Of a stretch of DNA of 64,000 bases, positions 45,301 to 54,165 are shown piece by piece. Source of the stretch: a virus; IMG/VR virus record IMGVR_UViG_3300023178_000043, positions 2,728 to 66,727 of that record; one strand, written 5' to 3'. The notes below the pieces were generated by a model. It made no database searches. It was not told the DNA's origin and saw nothing but the letters and a program-made list of their open reading frames with translations. The stretch's first letter is position 1; every line of letters starts with the position of its first letter. A program made the position numbers and the translations under genes.

Positions 45301-46483
45301 AAAAGGAATTGTTATTAGACCAAATATCTTGAATAGAACAAAGGTCAACAACAAAGAAAACATTAAGTTTAGTGGTGAAACGTCCAGAAGGTCATTAGAT
45401 TTTGAACGTGATGCAGTATATTCATTTGATGTAAATCTAAATGCACTCTCAGGGAAACCAGCAGAAGAATTATTGTCTACAGAAATATATACAACATTTG
45501 GTAATAACGACTCTTCAATAACTTTAAATGATTGGTCCTCTACCATTGTTACAACTGATTATTCATCACTAACTGCTCAATATGACTTTTTAGAAAGTCA
45601 AATAAATGTTTTTGGTCAAAACGCGTTTATTTCTTCTGAAACATTAGGAAATACCAGTTCATTCGGTGCACTAGAGGGAATAATATTTAATAGGTCAACT
45701 GAAAATCTATCTGCAGAAATTGAATCTAGTTTAATTGGATACGGACCAAAATGTGATTTGTGGAGTATTCCAAATGGCAGATTTTCTGGACTAACTGCCG
45801 CTAATTCATATTTTACAAATGGCGCAGGTTTGTATTATGTTAATACTAATAGAACTGTTCCAAACTATACACAAGGTTCTATGACATTTGTTCAACAGGG
45901 TGGTGGTCCTAGAGATAGAGGAACTTGGACTAGTGGTGAAACATATATTAGGGGAGACATTGTTACTTATGAAGGAACAGAATATGCCTTCTACAAACAA
46001 ACCGCAACAGAAACATTGTATTCTCCGGTCGAAGAACAAAATCTTTGGAGAGTCGTTCCACAAATACGACAAGTTTATCAAAAAGCTGTCAGGGCTATTT
46101 TAGTAACGGGTTCTTATCAAGAACCAGGCAAAACAAAATATCTTGGATTAAAACCGGGAGATACCAATTGGGGAGCCGACCCAGAATTTGTCACGGGTAG
46201 TTCTATCGAATATTATAAAGTTAGTGTGTTGACAGACTTAACAACTCCTTATGGAGTTGTCCCAATTGGATATAGAAATGAGTTCCCCGGTCATATACAT
46301 TTTGAATTATGTAGGGACAAAACCTTTGGTGGTCTTAGAAGAACATATTTAGGAACAACAAATACTGTTAGTACAGCTATTCCCGGTCCATATGGATCTA
46401 ATACTTTTCCATATGAAATATTTGAGAGTGAAACAAATACACTAACAGTCGGAACACCACAACCTTGTGCTGACTGTGATTAA
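42386..46483 (+). CDS. large baseplate wedge protein (gp7-like) with LamG-like domain
   Basis: F.NFV.FGSA..RL..F, MIG..FD, LP.LLRTKGT, LDEFR.W, F.PAR.....G.VI.PNIL.R. Confidence 0.65.
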   Translation: MPQHRDEQNENGGDLESGRRTGTGNTGTGNTSGGNTSGGNTSGGGGPISTTINGQSGTLVSFDFEITVEEHVTVPLKSILKELILTKFRPEFDDYYDDMRVAKTLLNLRNDRQVPILNWKSVGEVEYDEDGTITGYPEIALKLLEPLDTTEYPIDTSAFISREMLSSVYEKLHFLTIEELLVPQLRPAQNVSIGNLSRVTATLEELIPNIAGGEGTLQGISEYRNYVTNNILESLYNNNSGFDINVDYSNFENFVTFGSAQKRLDVFKAKLEQIENYVLDAPIYIENLNISASAADTGSYETVFGTLSIDSVGSASLELTGSSNLYDVLYNGNTVDETAINSSINTSIKIQELMRSFDGYEKELWFRTGLEYTASNGEYYNTTQYQTDDYTYPKILGIPLATTHDSSSAWYTSMSVIATDYDNDNQNILSKNVPTYIQEDEFSGDFVTFTEMIGHQFDNVKTYITNLENISSRYPKVDEEISGDMAKKVLESFGISAPSIASVEKLINYVTGNNTNDPYKDIANEYYKRYLHALPFLLRTKGTKQSVHSLLNVFGINPDLITIKENISGRYTSLEPKKVTTTEQDFVLNVPSGSYLVVPFSSSLREPQTIQSTFALIDDRTQPVFRFDNDYTIQATYHPDGSTNTYYANTGRIDLMSASVALVTSSYFDLFDANYVSLQLKYDSAGAILDIRKIENEDTTFTQSLQETQMSMSADWSGLEELYIGIPAASASGAEYTSASLDEFRMWGDTITEAKFIEFAENPGMYAGNTYTSSLEDLYVRLSFNLPTDVNTTGSIPNTSPYVSKSVALDLTNITAGEFPVGTSPLYNTSRIIRSVTQNSYFASDTTDMIRIAPDPPATMSLSSTDTTVGVYEKFLTSSVATNELDISISPVDAVDREIIRSFGNIQLGQYLGDPRDTNRESYSGLDALETVFIRELAPTINHNGFVRFFDKFLNNFYESIEQFLPARSKLRKGIVIRPNILNRTKVNNKENIKFSGETSRRSLDFERDAVYSFDVNLNALSGKPAEELLSTEIYTTFGNNDSSITLNDWSSTIVTTDYSSLTAQYDFLESQINVFGQNAFISSETLGNTSSFGALEGIIFNRSTENLSAEIESSLIGYGPKCDLWSIPNGRFSGLTAANSYFTNGAGLYYVNTNRTVPNYTQGSMTFVQQGGGPRDRGTWTSGETYIRGDIVTYEGTEYAFYKQTATETLYSPVEEQNLWRVVPQIRQVYQKAVRAILVTGSYQEPGKTKYLGLKPGDTNWGADPEFVTGSSIEYYKVSVLTDLTTPYGVVPIGYRNEFPGHIHFELCRDKTFGGLRRTYLGTTNTVSTAIPGPYGSNTFPYEIFESETNTLTVGTPQPCADCD
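42455..42514 (+). repeat. 15-bp tandem repeat in CDS (GGAAATACTAGCGGC x3 plus one variant)
   Basis: Encodes GNTGT-GNTSG-GNTSG-GNTSG. Confidence 0.85.
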
Positions 46484-46525
46484 AGTAGTAATACATAATA
46501 CTTATATTAGAACAACTTAGGAGAT

Positions 46526-47290
46526 TTGAGTATGGCATATTTAGATAATACCGTAATTACAGTTGACGCCGTTCTTACAAAACTAGGAAGAGAACGCTTA
46601 AGTCAAGGCCAATTTACAATTACCAAATGGGCGGTTTCTGACGATGAAATTGATTATAGTTTATACAATACTGCTCACCCATTGGGAACAGACTACTATT
46701 CAAATATTATTGAGAGTATGCCAGTTCTAGAAGCCATTCCAGATGAATCACAAGCACTTCGTTATAAATTAAGGTCTGGTACTACCAAAGACGTTACCTT
46801 ACCGAAAATTTCTATTCAGGGTCAGGATCCTGACACCGGAAACTATACGATATCATCATTAAAATCGTTTGCAACAACCGCCGCTCGAGCCGAAGCCGAG
46901 TTGGCGGATTATGTTAGCGCTGAAATTCGTCCATCAACAGCCAACCTTGACGGCTCAGAAGATTATGTAATTACACTATTTAATGAAAACATTGCGACTT
47001 TGGTTGGTCTAGGTGGGGAGCCACTTGGGGTCGTAGCTTTTCCAACGTCCGTTGCAACACTGGAGTCTGTAGATACTTCAGTGGACGTAACTACGACCAC
47101 ATCAGGCCCTACTCCTGTTAGCACACTAAGAAACTACTCAACTACTCAGGTTAAAACACTAACGGCTGGTGCAGGTTTTGCAATAGAAGCAAAACTCGGT
47201 GTTAATAGCCAAACAACTACAAAAGTTAGAATAACTGGAGTTGAAACTGGTGTTACAAAAACCTTAACCATAACAATTAATCCAGCTTAA
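46526..47290 (+). CDS. baseplate/tail-collar protein (ATG at 46532 also plausible)
   Basis: MAYLDN...VDAVLT.LGRE, F.ITK.A.SDDEIDY. Confidence 0.7.
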   Translation: MSMAYLDNTVITVDAVLTKLGRERLSQGQFTITKWAVSDDEIDYSLYNTAHPLGTDYYSNIIESMPVLEAIPDESQALRYKLRSGTTKDVTLPKISIQGQDPDTGNYTISSLKSFATTAARAEAELADYVSAEIRPSTANLDGSEDYVITLFNENIATLVGLGGEPLGVVAFPTSVATLESVDTSVDVTTTTSGPTPVSTLRNYSTTQVKTLTAGAGFAIEAKLGVNSQTTTKVRITGVETGVTKTLTITINPA

Positions 47291-47306
47291 TAAGAGGTAA
47301 ATAAAT

Positions 47307-48473
47307 ATGCCACATGGAGATTCAATTTTTCACCCATTTAATGATGCTTCGGGTGATACCAACGATATAATAACCAGAGATGTAGAAGTAACAACGGGAA
47401 TGTGGTCTGGAAATACAGGGTCACTGTCTAGTTTTTTTACATCAACAACACAATTGGGAAAAGCTGCCGCGAACTATTTTTTAGATGTATATGACAAAAA
47501 TCCAGCATCTGACTCAACCGCAGAAGTTCAATATTCAATAGCATATGGTCACGCTTACGGTTCTGGTTCACCAACATTAGCTCAAAGTGATACATCTACT
47601 AGATCTACACAAGCTGTTTATTATCAATTTAAAAGTTTGTTATTAGATGATCCCGAAACCGCTTTATTCCAATTCAGTGGTTCAACCACTTCTGAAGACA
47701 TTTATGCTATATCAATTGCTAGAGCTAGATATAGAAATATGGTTGACCCCGGTAATTTTGTTTTAACTCTATCTGGTTCTAATGGTAAATTTACGTTTAT
47801 TGATGATAGTAACGCGACACTAGGAAATACATTAGAATCCGCTAGAAGTGGTAATACATTCAACATTGTTTCTGGTTCAATTTCTTCTGCTGGATCAACT
47901 ATATACAGTACTACTGCTTCAAATGGTGAGTCATATGGAACATTATATCCACTCAAAGGAATTATGATTCTTAACCCAAGTGCTATTAGTGATACCGTTG
48001 GTTTTACTGATAGAGTAACAGGTGGGCCGGGAGATGTAACCGCTGGACAAGAAAATACAGGGTCAGCTACAGCATTTACTACCATTGCTGATACAATTGC
48101 TCCATTAGAACCATTTACGGGTTCATTAGTGGGTACTAGTGGTGTTTACTCAGACCAATTTAACTGGCACGGATTACATCGTGCTATAGTTCTCGGTGCA
48201 GACTTCCAAGCAAGGTCAGCCGAAATAATTTCTTCACAACATTTCTTTATTAGGTTAAGAAATACTGACGCAACGATTTCTAATAATCCAACGTGGATTA
48301 GTGAAAATGATACAGTTCAAATTGAAGAATTTGAATATGATCCAAAAACTTATATAACTACCGTTGGTTTATACAATACACAAAATGAATTATTGGCCGT
48401 ATCTAAATTAAGTCGTCCATTAGAAAAATCACTGACAAAAGAAGCATTGATTCGTGTAAGGTTGGATTATTAG
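47307..48473 (+). CDS. baseplate/tail-collar protein
   Basis: C-terminal YITTVGLYN..NELLAV.KLS.P. Confidence 0.7.
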   Translation: MPHGDSIFHPFNDASGDTNDIITRDVEVTTGMWSGNTGSLSSFFTSTTQLGKAAANYFLDVYDKNPASDSTAEVQYSIAYGHAYGSGSPTLAQSDTSTRSTQAVYYQFKSLLLDDPETALFQFSGSTTSEDIYAISIARARYRNMVDPGNFVLTLSGSNGKFTFIDDSNATLGNTLESARSGNTFNIVSGSISSAGSTIYSTTASNGESYGTLYPLKGIMILNPSAISDTVGFTDRVTGGPGDVTAGQENTGSATAFTTIADTIAPLEPFTGSLVGTSGVYSDQFNWHGLHRAIVLGADFQARSAEIISSQHFFIRLRNTDATISNNPTWISENDTVQIEEFEYDPKTYITTVGLYNTQNELLAVSKLSRPLEKSLTKEALIRVRLDY

Positions 48474-48484
48474 AGGAGTTTTAA

Positions 48485-49297
48485 ATGACGGTCTTCAAGA
48501 AAATTGGCGGAGGCCACACTAAAGAACAAATATCAGTTAATACCCCTTTTACATTTGAATGGACTTCTGGTTCTAGTTTAATTGATGGGTTTAATATCAA
48601 TTTAGCTATTGATCCAACTACTGTATATTCAAGTTATCCAACGTCAACTAATGATTTAGGACCACAAACCAATAGTGGTTCTTATGCATATCCTCTGTTT
48701 TATTCTGTTAAGAATTTATTTTTTGAAGTAGACATTTATGATTTCTATCCTTCTCAATCAATGTTTGTTTGGAACGTTGGTTCATTGTATTTTGGTGAAA
48801 GGATAGAAGAAGGTAGTTTTAGAATTGATATAAATGGTGATAGTGATTATATTCAAGATGATACTCAAGGTAATCTAAAACTAAATGGTTCTGGTGCTAC
48901 AATTGGTAGAATATTTTATGAAAATGGACTAGCTTGTGTTCAACGAGATAGTGGTACTGTTGGCAATTTTATCTCTGGGTCTGGTATGGGAATACAAAAT
49001 GGTGGTGTGGTTACAACCACTTTTAACTCCACCCTGACTATTTATGAACATACAGTAGTTTGTAAAATAGAACCAAGTGAATATAATTCAACATACAATC
49101 CAACCGCGTATGAAATTATTTCTGGTTCCACTCAAACATATAATGATTACATATATAGTGGGTCAGCTAATCCTTATATTACATCCATTGGATTATATAA
49201 TGACCAAAATGAGTTACTTGCAACAGCCAAATTATCTGGTCCTTTAACAAGAACAAAATATACTGACCAAACTTTTATAATTAAGTTTGATGAATAG
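48485..49297 (+). CDS. baseplate/tail-collar protein, paralogue of the previous gene
   Basis: C-terminal YITSIGLYN..NELLA.AKLS.P. Confidence 0.7.
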   Translation: MTVFKKIGGGHTKEQISVNTPFTFEWTSGSSLIDGFNINLAIDPTTVYSSYPTSTNDLGPQTNSGSYAYPLFYSVKNLFFEVDIYDFYPSQSMFVWNVGSLYFGERIEEGSFRIDINGDSDYIQDDTQGNLKLNGSGATIGRIFYENGLACVQRDSGTVGNFISGSGMGIQNGGVVTTTFNSTLTIYEHTVVCKIEPSEYNSTYNPTAYEIISGSTQTYNDYIYSGSANPYITSIGLYNDQNELLATAKLSGPLTRTKYTDQTFIIKFDE

Positions 49298-49309
49298 TGG
49301 AGAAATAAA

Positions 49310-49627
49310 ATGTCAGATCTTTTAAATTTGTATGAAACTTCAACTGCCGACGGAGTTGATAAAGCAAGACTACAGGCCGAAGGTGATGCTTCTGTTGCGG
49401 TTAATCACTTTGATGTTAATAAAACATATTCAAGAGGATTTATTCCAAATCTCTTAGACAAAAAAGAGAGTGGTGAAGCTGCTACGGAGTTTAATGATGG
49501 TGTAATGAGAGGTCAATACGTTGTAGAATTAGAAAAAGTTGATTCTAGATACACAGAATACAACAGAGAAAATAAATACGTAGATAGAAATCCTAATTTG
49601 CCAGGCGTAGTCAACAAGTCAAAATAA
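49310..49627 (+). CDS. hypothetical protein
   Basis: 105 aa, GGAG SD. Confidence 0.7.
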   Translation: MSDLLNLYETSTADGVDKARLQAEGDASVAVNHFDVNKTYSRGFIPNLLDKKESGEAATEFNDGVMRGQYVVELEKVDSRYTEYNRENKYVDRNPNLPGVVNKSK

Positions 49628-49641
49628 ATAAGTGAGGTTAT

Positions 49642-49989
49642 ATGAGGCCAAGTAGCGCAAAAGCCAAAGGTCGCCGGTTACAAAACCAAATACGCGAATT
49701 AATACTAGAAAATTTTCCACAATTACATCCAGACGATGTAAAGACTGCAATTATGGGCGAGTCGGGAGAGGACATTAAACTTTCCCCGGCCGCCCGTAAT
49801 TTATTTCCATATTCGGTGGAAGCTAAGAATGTAGAAAAGCTCAACATCTGGTCAGCATTAGACCAAGCTGCCGAAAATTCTAGGGAAGATTCCAATCCCC
49901 TCTTGTTTTTCAAACGAAATCGTTCTAAATTATATGTAGCATTTGAAGCAGAACATTTGTTTGAGTTACTTGACAAATGTGGTGAATGA
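49642..49989 (+). CDS. Holliday junction resolvase (PD-(D/E)xK)
   Basis: SAKAKGR, MGESGEDI, SVEAKN.E.LN, PLL.FKRN. Confidence 0.75.
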   Translation: MRPSSAKAKGRRLQNQIRELILENFPQLHPDDVKTAIMGESGEDIKLSPAARNLFPYSVEAKNVEKLNIWSALDQAAENSREDSNPLLFFKRNRSKLYVAFEAEHLFELLDKCGE

Positions 49990-49998
49990 TACTATATT
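49970..49998 (+). promoter_or_regulatory. sigma70 promoter for primase, leaderless geometry
   Basis: TTGACA-N17-TATATT-N6-ATG. Confidence 0.7.
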
Positions 49999-50004
49999 CC
50001 ATAT

Positions 50005-50925
50005 ATGGATAATATACTTTTTTCTTTAGAAGACATACTTGGAACATCAAGAAAGACCTCCAGTGATGAACGTCTGTTCCATTGTCCTTTTTGCTATCAC
50101 CACAAACCAAAACTTTCCATTAACTTCGGTAAACGTTCGGGGTATTGGAAGTGCTGGGTTTGTGACGAGAGCGGAAAGAAAATCTCCTCATTGCTCTACA
50201 AGTTGGGGTATTCCAAAAAAGAAATCAAGTCTATCCTAGGCGACCTAGAATCGTCCTATAACCCCAAAGAAAACCCAGAGGAATACAAGGTCAAGATAAC
50301 CCTGCCAAGGGAGTATAAACCCCTCTGGAGGGTCACGGAAAAGACATACGAGTATATGAACGCCATCCGGTTCCTCAAGTCTAGAGGCGTCACCACAGAC
50401 GATATCTACCGATACCAGATTGGGTATTGTGACGACGGAAAATACAAGAATCGCATCATTATTCCATCGTTTGACAGGAATATGCAACTTAATTATTTTG
50501 TATCCAGAACATATTACGACGAGGGTATGAAATACAAGAACCCACCAGCGTCCAGAAACAATATTATCTTTGAAAATCTAATCAATTGGAGAATGCCTGT
50601 TGTTCTGGTAGAAGGAATGTTTGATGCAATCGCAGTTCGTAGAAATTGTGTTCCGTTGTTAGGAAAAGTTATGTCAGATAAGTTGAGACAGAGGTTGGTT
50701 GAACACAAACCACCAATGGTTTATGTAATGTTAGACCACGATGCACGGTCAGAAGCGTTATGGATTGAGAAATACTTGAAATCTGTTAATGTAAATGTTA
50801 AATTAGTAGTTCCAACCGGAAAAGACCCAAGTGATATGGGATTTGAAGAGTCTTGGGTCAACATTCAGAACGCAGTGAACAGCAGTTTCACTGATTTGGT
50901 CGGAACGAAATTAAAAATGGTATAA
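50005..50925 (+). CDS. DNA primase (zinc finger plus TOPRIM)
   Basis: CPFC.H...C.VC, RIIIP, KY.NP, VEGMFDA, LD.DA, KDP. Confidence 0.9.
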   Translation: MDNILFSLEDILGTSRKTSSDERLFHCPFCYHHKPKLSINFGKRSGYWKCWVCDESGKKISSLLYKLGYSKKEIKSILGDLESSYNPKENPEEYKVKITLPREYKPLWRVTEKTYEYMNAIRFLKSRGVTTDDIYRYQIGYCDDGKYKNRIIIPSFDRNMQLNYFVSRTYYDEGMKYKNPPASRNNIIFENLINWRMPVVLVEGMFDAIAVRRNCVPLLGKVMSDKLRQRLVEHKPPMVYVMLDHDARSEALWIEKYLKSVNVNVKLVVPTGKDPSDMGFEESWVNIQNAVNSSFTDLVGTKLKMV

Positions 50926-50928
50926 TTT

Positions 50929-53900
50929 ATGAAAAAACTATTCGTAGGATTTGATAAGCTAGAAAAAGTAGTTCATATGGCCGACATTCACATCCGTTTG
51001 TTCCAACGACACGGAGAATATAGAGACGCCTTTGATAAACTTTACAAAGAACTAAAGAAACTTGACCTGACCAATAGTGCAATCGTTGTTGCTGGTGATA
51101 TCTTACACGCCAAGTTGGATATGTCACCAGAAATGATTGACCTAGCTTCAGATTTTCTAAAAAAGTTAGCACAAATCGCACCAACCATTATCTTTGATGG
51201 TAACCACGACTTAAATTTGTCAAATCCTCACCGAATGAATAGTCTTTACCCTATCGTAAAGAATATTGACCACTCAAACTTGTTCTATCTAACAGAAAGT
51301 GGTATCTACGAGATGGCTGACACACAATTCGCACTCTTTTCGGTCATTGGTGACCCCGAAGATTGGCCGGATGTGTCAACTATGACAGGAAAAACCAACA
51401 TTGGTCTATATCACGGACCAGTTTATGGTGCAAAGACCGATACAAACTACACAATCAGCTCAAGGCACGTTGAGGTAAGTCGTTTTGACGGACTAGACAT
51501 TGTAATGTTGGGTGACATTCACAAACACCAAGTATTGCAAACAAGAAACAAGACTTCGGGCAAACCTGTTGTGGTTTATGCCAGTTCTCTTATCCAACAA
51601 AACCACGGCGAAACATTAGATGGTCACGGGTATGTTATATGGGATATTCCAAAGAGAAAGTTTGAGTTTGTGCAATTACAGAACGATACTGGTTATGTAA
51701 CCTTTGATATTGACCAACAAGACCTAAATAAGTTCTCAGTTCCCGATAATTTACCGAAAAACCTTCGTCTTAGAATATTTTCTTCGGTTGAGAACACAAA
51801 ATTGAAGAAAATCATCTCGGTCATCAAGAAAAAATACAAAATTGTTGATGTTTCGGTCAATCCAAGCAGAAATAATAGCCAAACTGGTCAACGAGGACCA
51901 CTTTCTATTGATATTGGTGACCTGAGTGACATAAATGTCCAAAATCAGTTCATTAGTGAGTGGATTGAGACAAATCATCCAATCGCATCACCAGAATTGA
52001 TTGAGCAATGTCGGTCAATCAACAGAAAGATGAATGGTCTTATATCAAACATAGACCAATCCAGAAATATTCATTGGAAACCACTCACATTCAGTTTCTC
52101 TAACTTATTTTCGTATGGTGAAGATAACTTTGTAGACTTTACTAATATGAAAGGAACATACGGAATATTTGCACCAAACGCTAGTGGTAAGAGTTCATCT
52201 ATGGAAGCACTCATCTATGCACTCTTTGACAAGACACCAAGAGCGTATCGTGGTGACCACATTATGAATATCCGCAAGAAAACCTTTGAATGTGAGTTAA
52301 AGTTTGAGGTCAACGGAACAATCTATGTAATTAACCGAAAAGGTAAGAAAAACAAGAAAGGTGCCGTAAGAGTTGATGTAAAATTCTGGAAAGAGAACGA
52401 TGATGGAACACAAACCATACTAAATGGTGAAGATAGGTTCTCAACCAACGCAAATATCCGTGGAATCGTTGGAACTTACGAAGATTTTATTCTGACCACA
52501 CTATCTGGTCAAACAGGCAACTCATTGTTCATTGATAAGTCAAATAGTGAACGAAAAGTCCTACTCAATCAGTTTATGGGACTGATTGTGTTTGAGTTGC
52601 TAGAACGAGTAGCAAACGAAGAAAGTAAGCAGTTACAAGGAGTATTAAAAAAGTTTAGTCGTGAAGACTTCACAGACCAACTGGTTCAACTACAAAATGA
52701 CATTGAAGAACTAAATCTACAATTACTAGAGGTTCAAAGTAACATTGATGCCGCTGGATTAAGTGCCGACCAACATTCTGTAGAAATTGAACAACTAAAT
52801 ACACAAAAACTACCTGTTCCCAGTAATGTTCCCAGTAAAGAAGTCCTAGTTAGCAACCAAGCATCATTAGTCAAGAAAATTGATGTGTTAACAGCAAACT
52901 TGGTCATACTTGAACAAGAAGAAAAAGATATTGATGCTCAATTTACTTCTGTAAAAGAAAAACTAAATGATGTCAATTTGACAGAATTAGAACGAAATTA
53001 CAAAAAATATCAAGAACTTGAACGAAATTTATCAAAACTTGAACAAACTTACACACTTGCTTCAACAAATATTGATAGTAAACACCAAACAATTGAACAA
53101 CTATCAACATTTAACTACAATCCAGATTGTGAAGTGTGTGTTGAGAACAACAAGTCTAAGTTAGAGAGAATTGCAGAGATTACCAATCAGATTAATGAAC
53201 TAACTGACAAGTCAAGTGAACTAGCAGAACAGATAACAATCATTAAACTTGAGATGGATACACTCAAGCCTGACCACGATAAGTTTATTTCTGCTAAAAA
53301 TCTGGTTGACATTTACCAAAAATTACACGTAGACCTCCAAGGTTCCAGAAATAACATAGACAAGTCCAAGAATCAACTTGATACTCTGAATACAGACTTG
53401 AGTAATGTTGAAGTTCAGTTTGAAGAGTTGGACAAGTATGCTTCTGCGTTGGTCACAAACAGACAAGTTGATGAAAAGATACTGGTCCACAAAGAAGAAT
53501 TACAAAAAATAAAATCAACACTGAGTAGTTTGAATGATAACAAGATGGATTTGCACTCGTCGGTCAAAGTAAAAGAGTCAAGTCGGTCAAACATTATGGA
53601 ACAACTCAACGAGATTGCACAAATTGAGAAAGAGTTTGAAGCATACCGATATTATATGGACGCAGTTGGTAAAGATGGCATCCCATATCAACTTATCTCC
53701 AAAACCATTCCAGTAATTGAAGGTGAGATTAACAACATTCTGTCTCAGATTGTTCCGTTCTCTATCGCTCTTGATGTTGATGGTAAGAATTTTGGTGGTC
53801 GTATCGTGTATGACCACGAACGTTCGTGGCCTCTTGAGAATAGTTCTGGAATGGAAAGATTCATTAGTAGTCTAGCAATCCGTGTTGCACTTTTGAAGGC

Positions 53901-54120
53901 TTCAAATCTACCCAAGTCAAACTTCCTTATCATTGATGAGGGTATGGGTAGTCTTGATAGTGAATACCTCCACGGTATGCAATTAATGTTTGACTTATTG
54001 AAAGCTCAGTTTGATTATGTCGTGGTCATCAGCCACCTAGATAACATCCGCGACATGGTTGACAACATCATTGAAATCAAAAAGGTCAACGGTTACAGTC
54101 ATATAAATACGACGAATTGA
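50929..54120 (+). CDS. fused SbcD-SbcC (Mre11-Rad50; gp47-gp46) nuclease-ATPase
   Basis: ADIH, AGD, GNHD, LGDIH phosphoesterase; APNASGKSS Walker A; CEVC hook; SSGME signature; IIDEG; ISH. Confidence 0.92.
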   Translation: MKKLFVGFDKLEKVVHMADIHIRLFQRHGEYRDAFDKLYKELKKLDLTNSAIVVAGDILHAKLDMSPEMIDLASDFLKKLAQIAPTIIFDGNHDLNLSNPHRMNSLYPIVKNIDHSNLFYLTESGIYEMADTQFALFSVIGDPEDWPDVSTMTGKTNIGLYHGPVYGAKTDTNYTISSRHVEVSRFDGLDIVMLGDIHKHQVLQTRNKTSGKPVVVYASSLIQQNHGETLDGHGYVIWDIPKRKFEFVQLQNDTGYVTFDIDQQDLNKFSVPDNLPKNLRLRIFSSVENTKLKKIISVIKKKYKIVDVSVNPSRNNSQTGQRGPLSIDIGDLSDINVQNQFISEWIETNHPIASPELIEQCRSINRKMNGLISNIDQSRNIHWKPLTFSFSNLFSYGEDNFVDFTNMKGTYGIFAPNASGKSSSMEALIYALFDKTPRAYRGDHIMNIRKKTFECELKFEVNGTIYVINRKGKKNKKGAVRVDVKFWKENDDGTQTILNGEDRFSTNANIRGIVGTYEDFILTTLSGQTGNSLFIDKSNSERKVLLNQFMGLIVFELLERVANEESKQLQGVLKKFSREDFTDQLVQLQNDIEELNLQLLEVQSNIDAAGLSADQHSVEIEQLNTQKLPVPSNVPSKEVLVSNQASLVKKIDVLTANLVILEQEEKDIDAQFTSVKEKLNDVNLTELERNYKKYQELERNLSKLEQTYTLASTNIDSKHQTIEQLSTFNYNPDCEVCVENNKSKLERIAEITNQINELTDKSSELAEQITIIKLEMDTLKPDHDKFISAKNLVDIYQKLHVDLQGSRNNIDKSKNQLDTLNTDLSNVEVQFEELDKYASALVTNRQVDEKILVHKEELQKIKSTLSSLNDNKMDLHSSVKVKESSRSNIMEQLNEIAQIEKEFEAYRYYMDAVGKDGIPYQLISKTIPVIEGEINNILSQIVPFSIALDVDGKNFGGRIVYDHERSWPLENSSGMERFISSLAIRVALLKASNLPKSNFLIIDEGMGSLDSEYLHGMQLMFDLLKAQFDYVVVISHLDNIRDMVDNIIEIKKVNGYSHINTTN

Positions 54121-54165
54121 GAATACTTATAATAGTAATCTGAATTCAGACAAATTAGGGTATGT

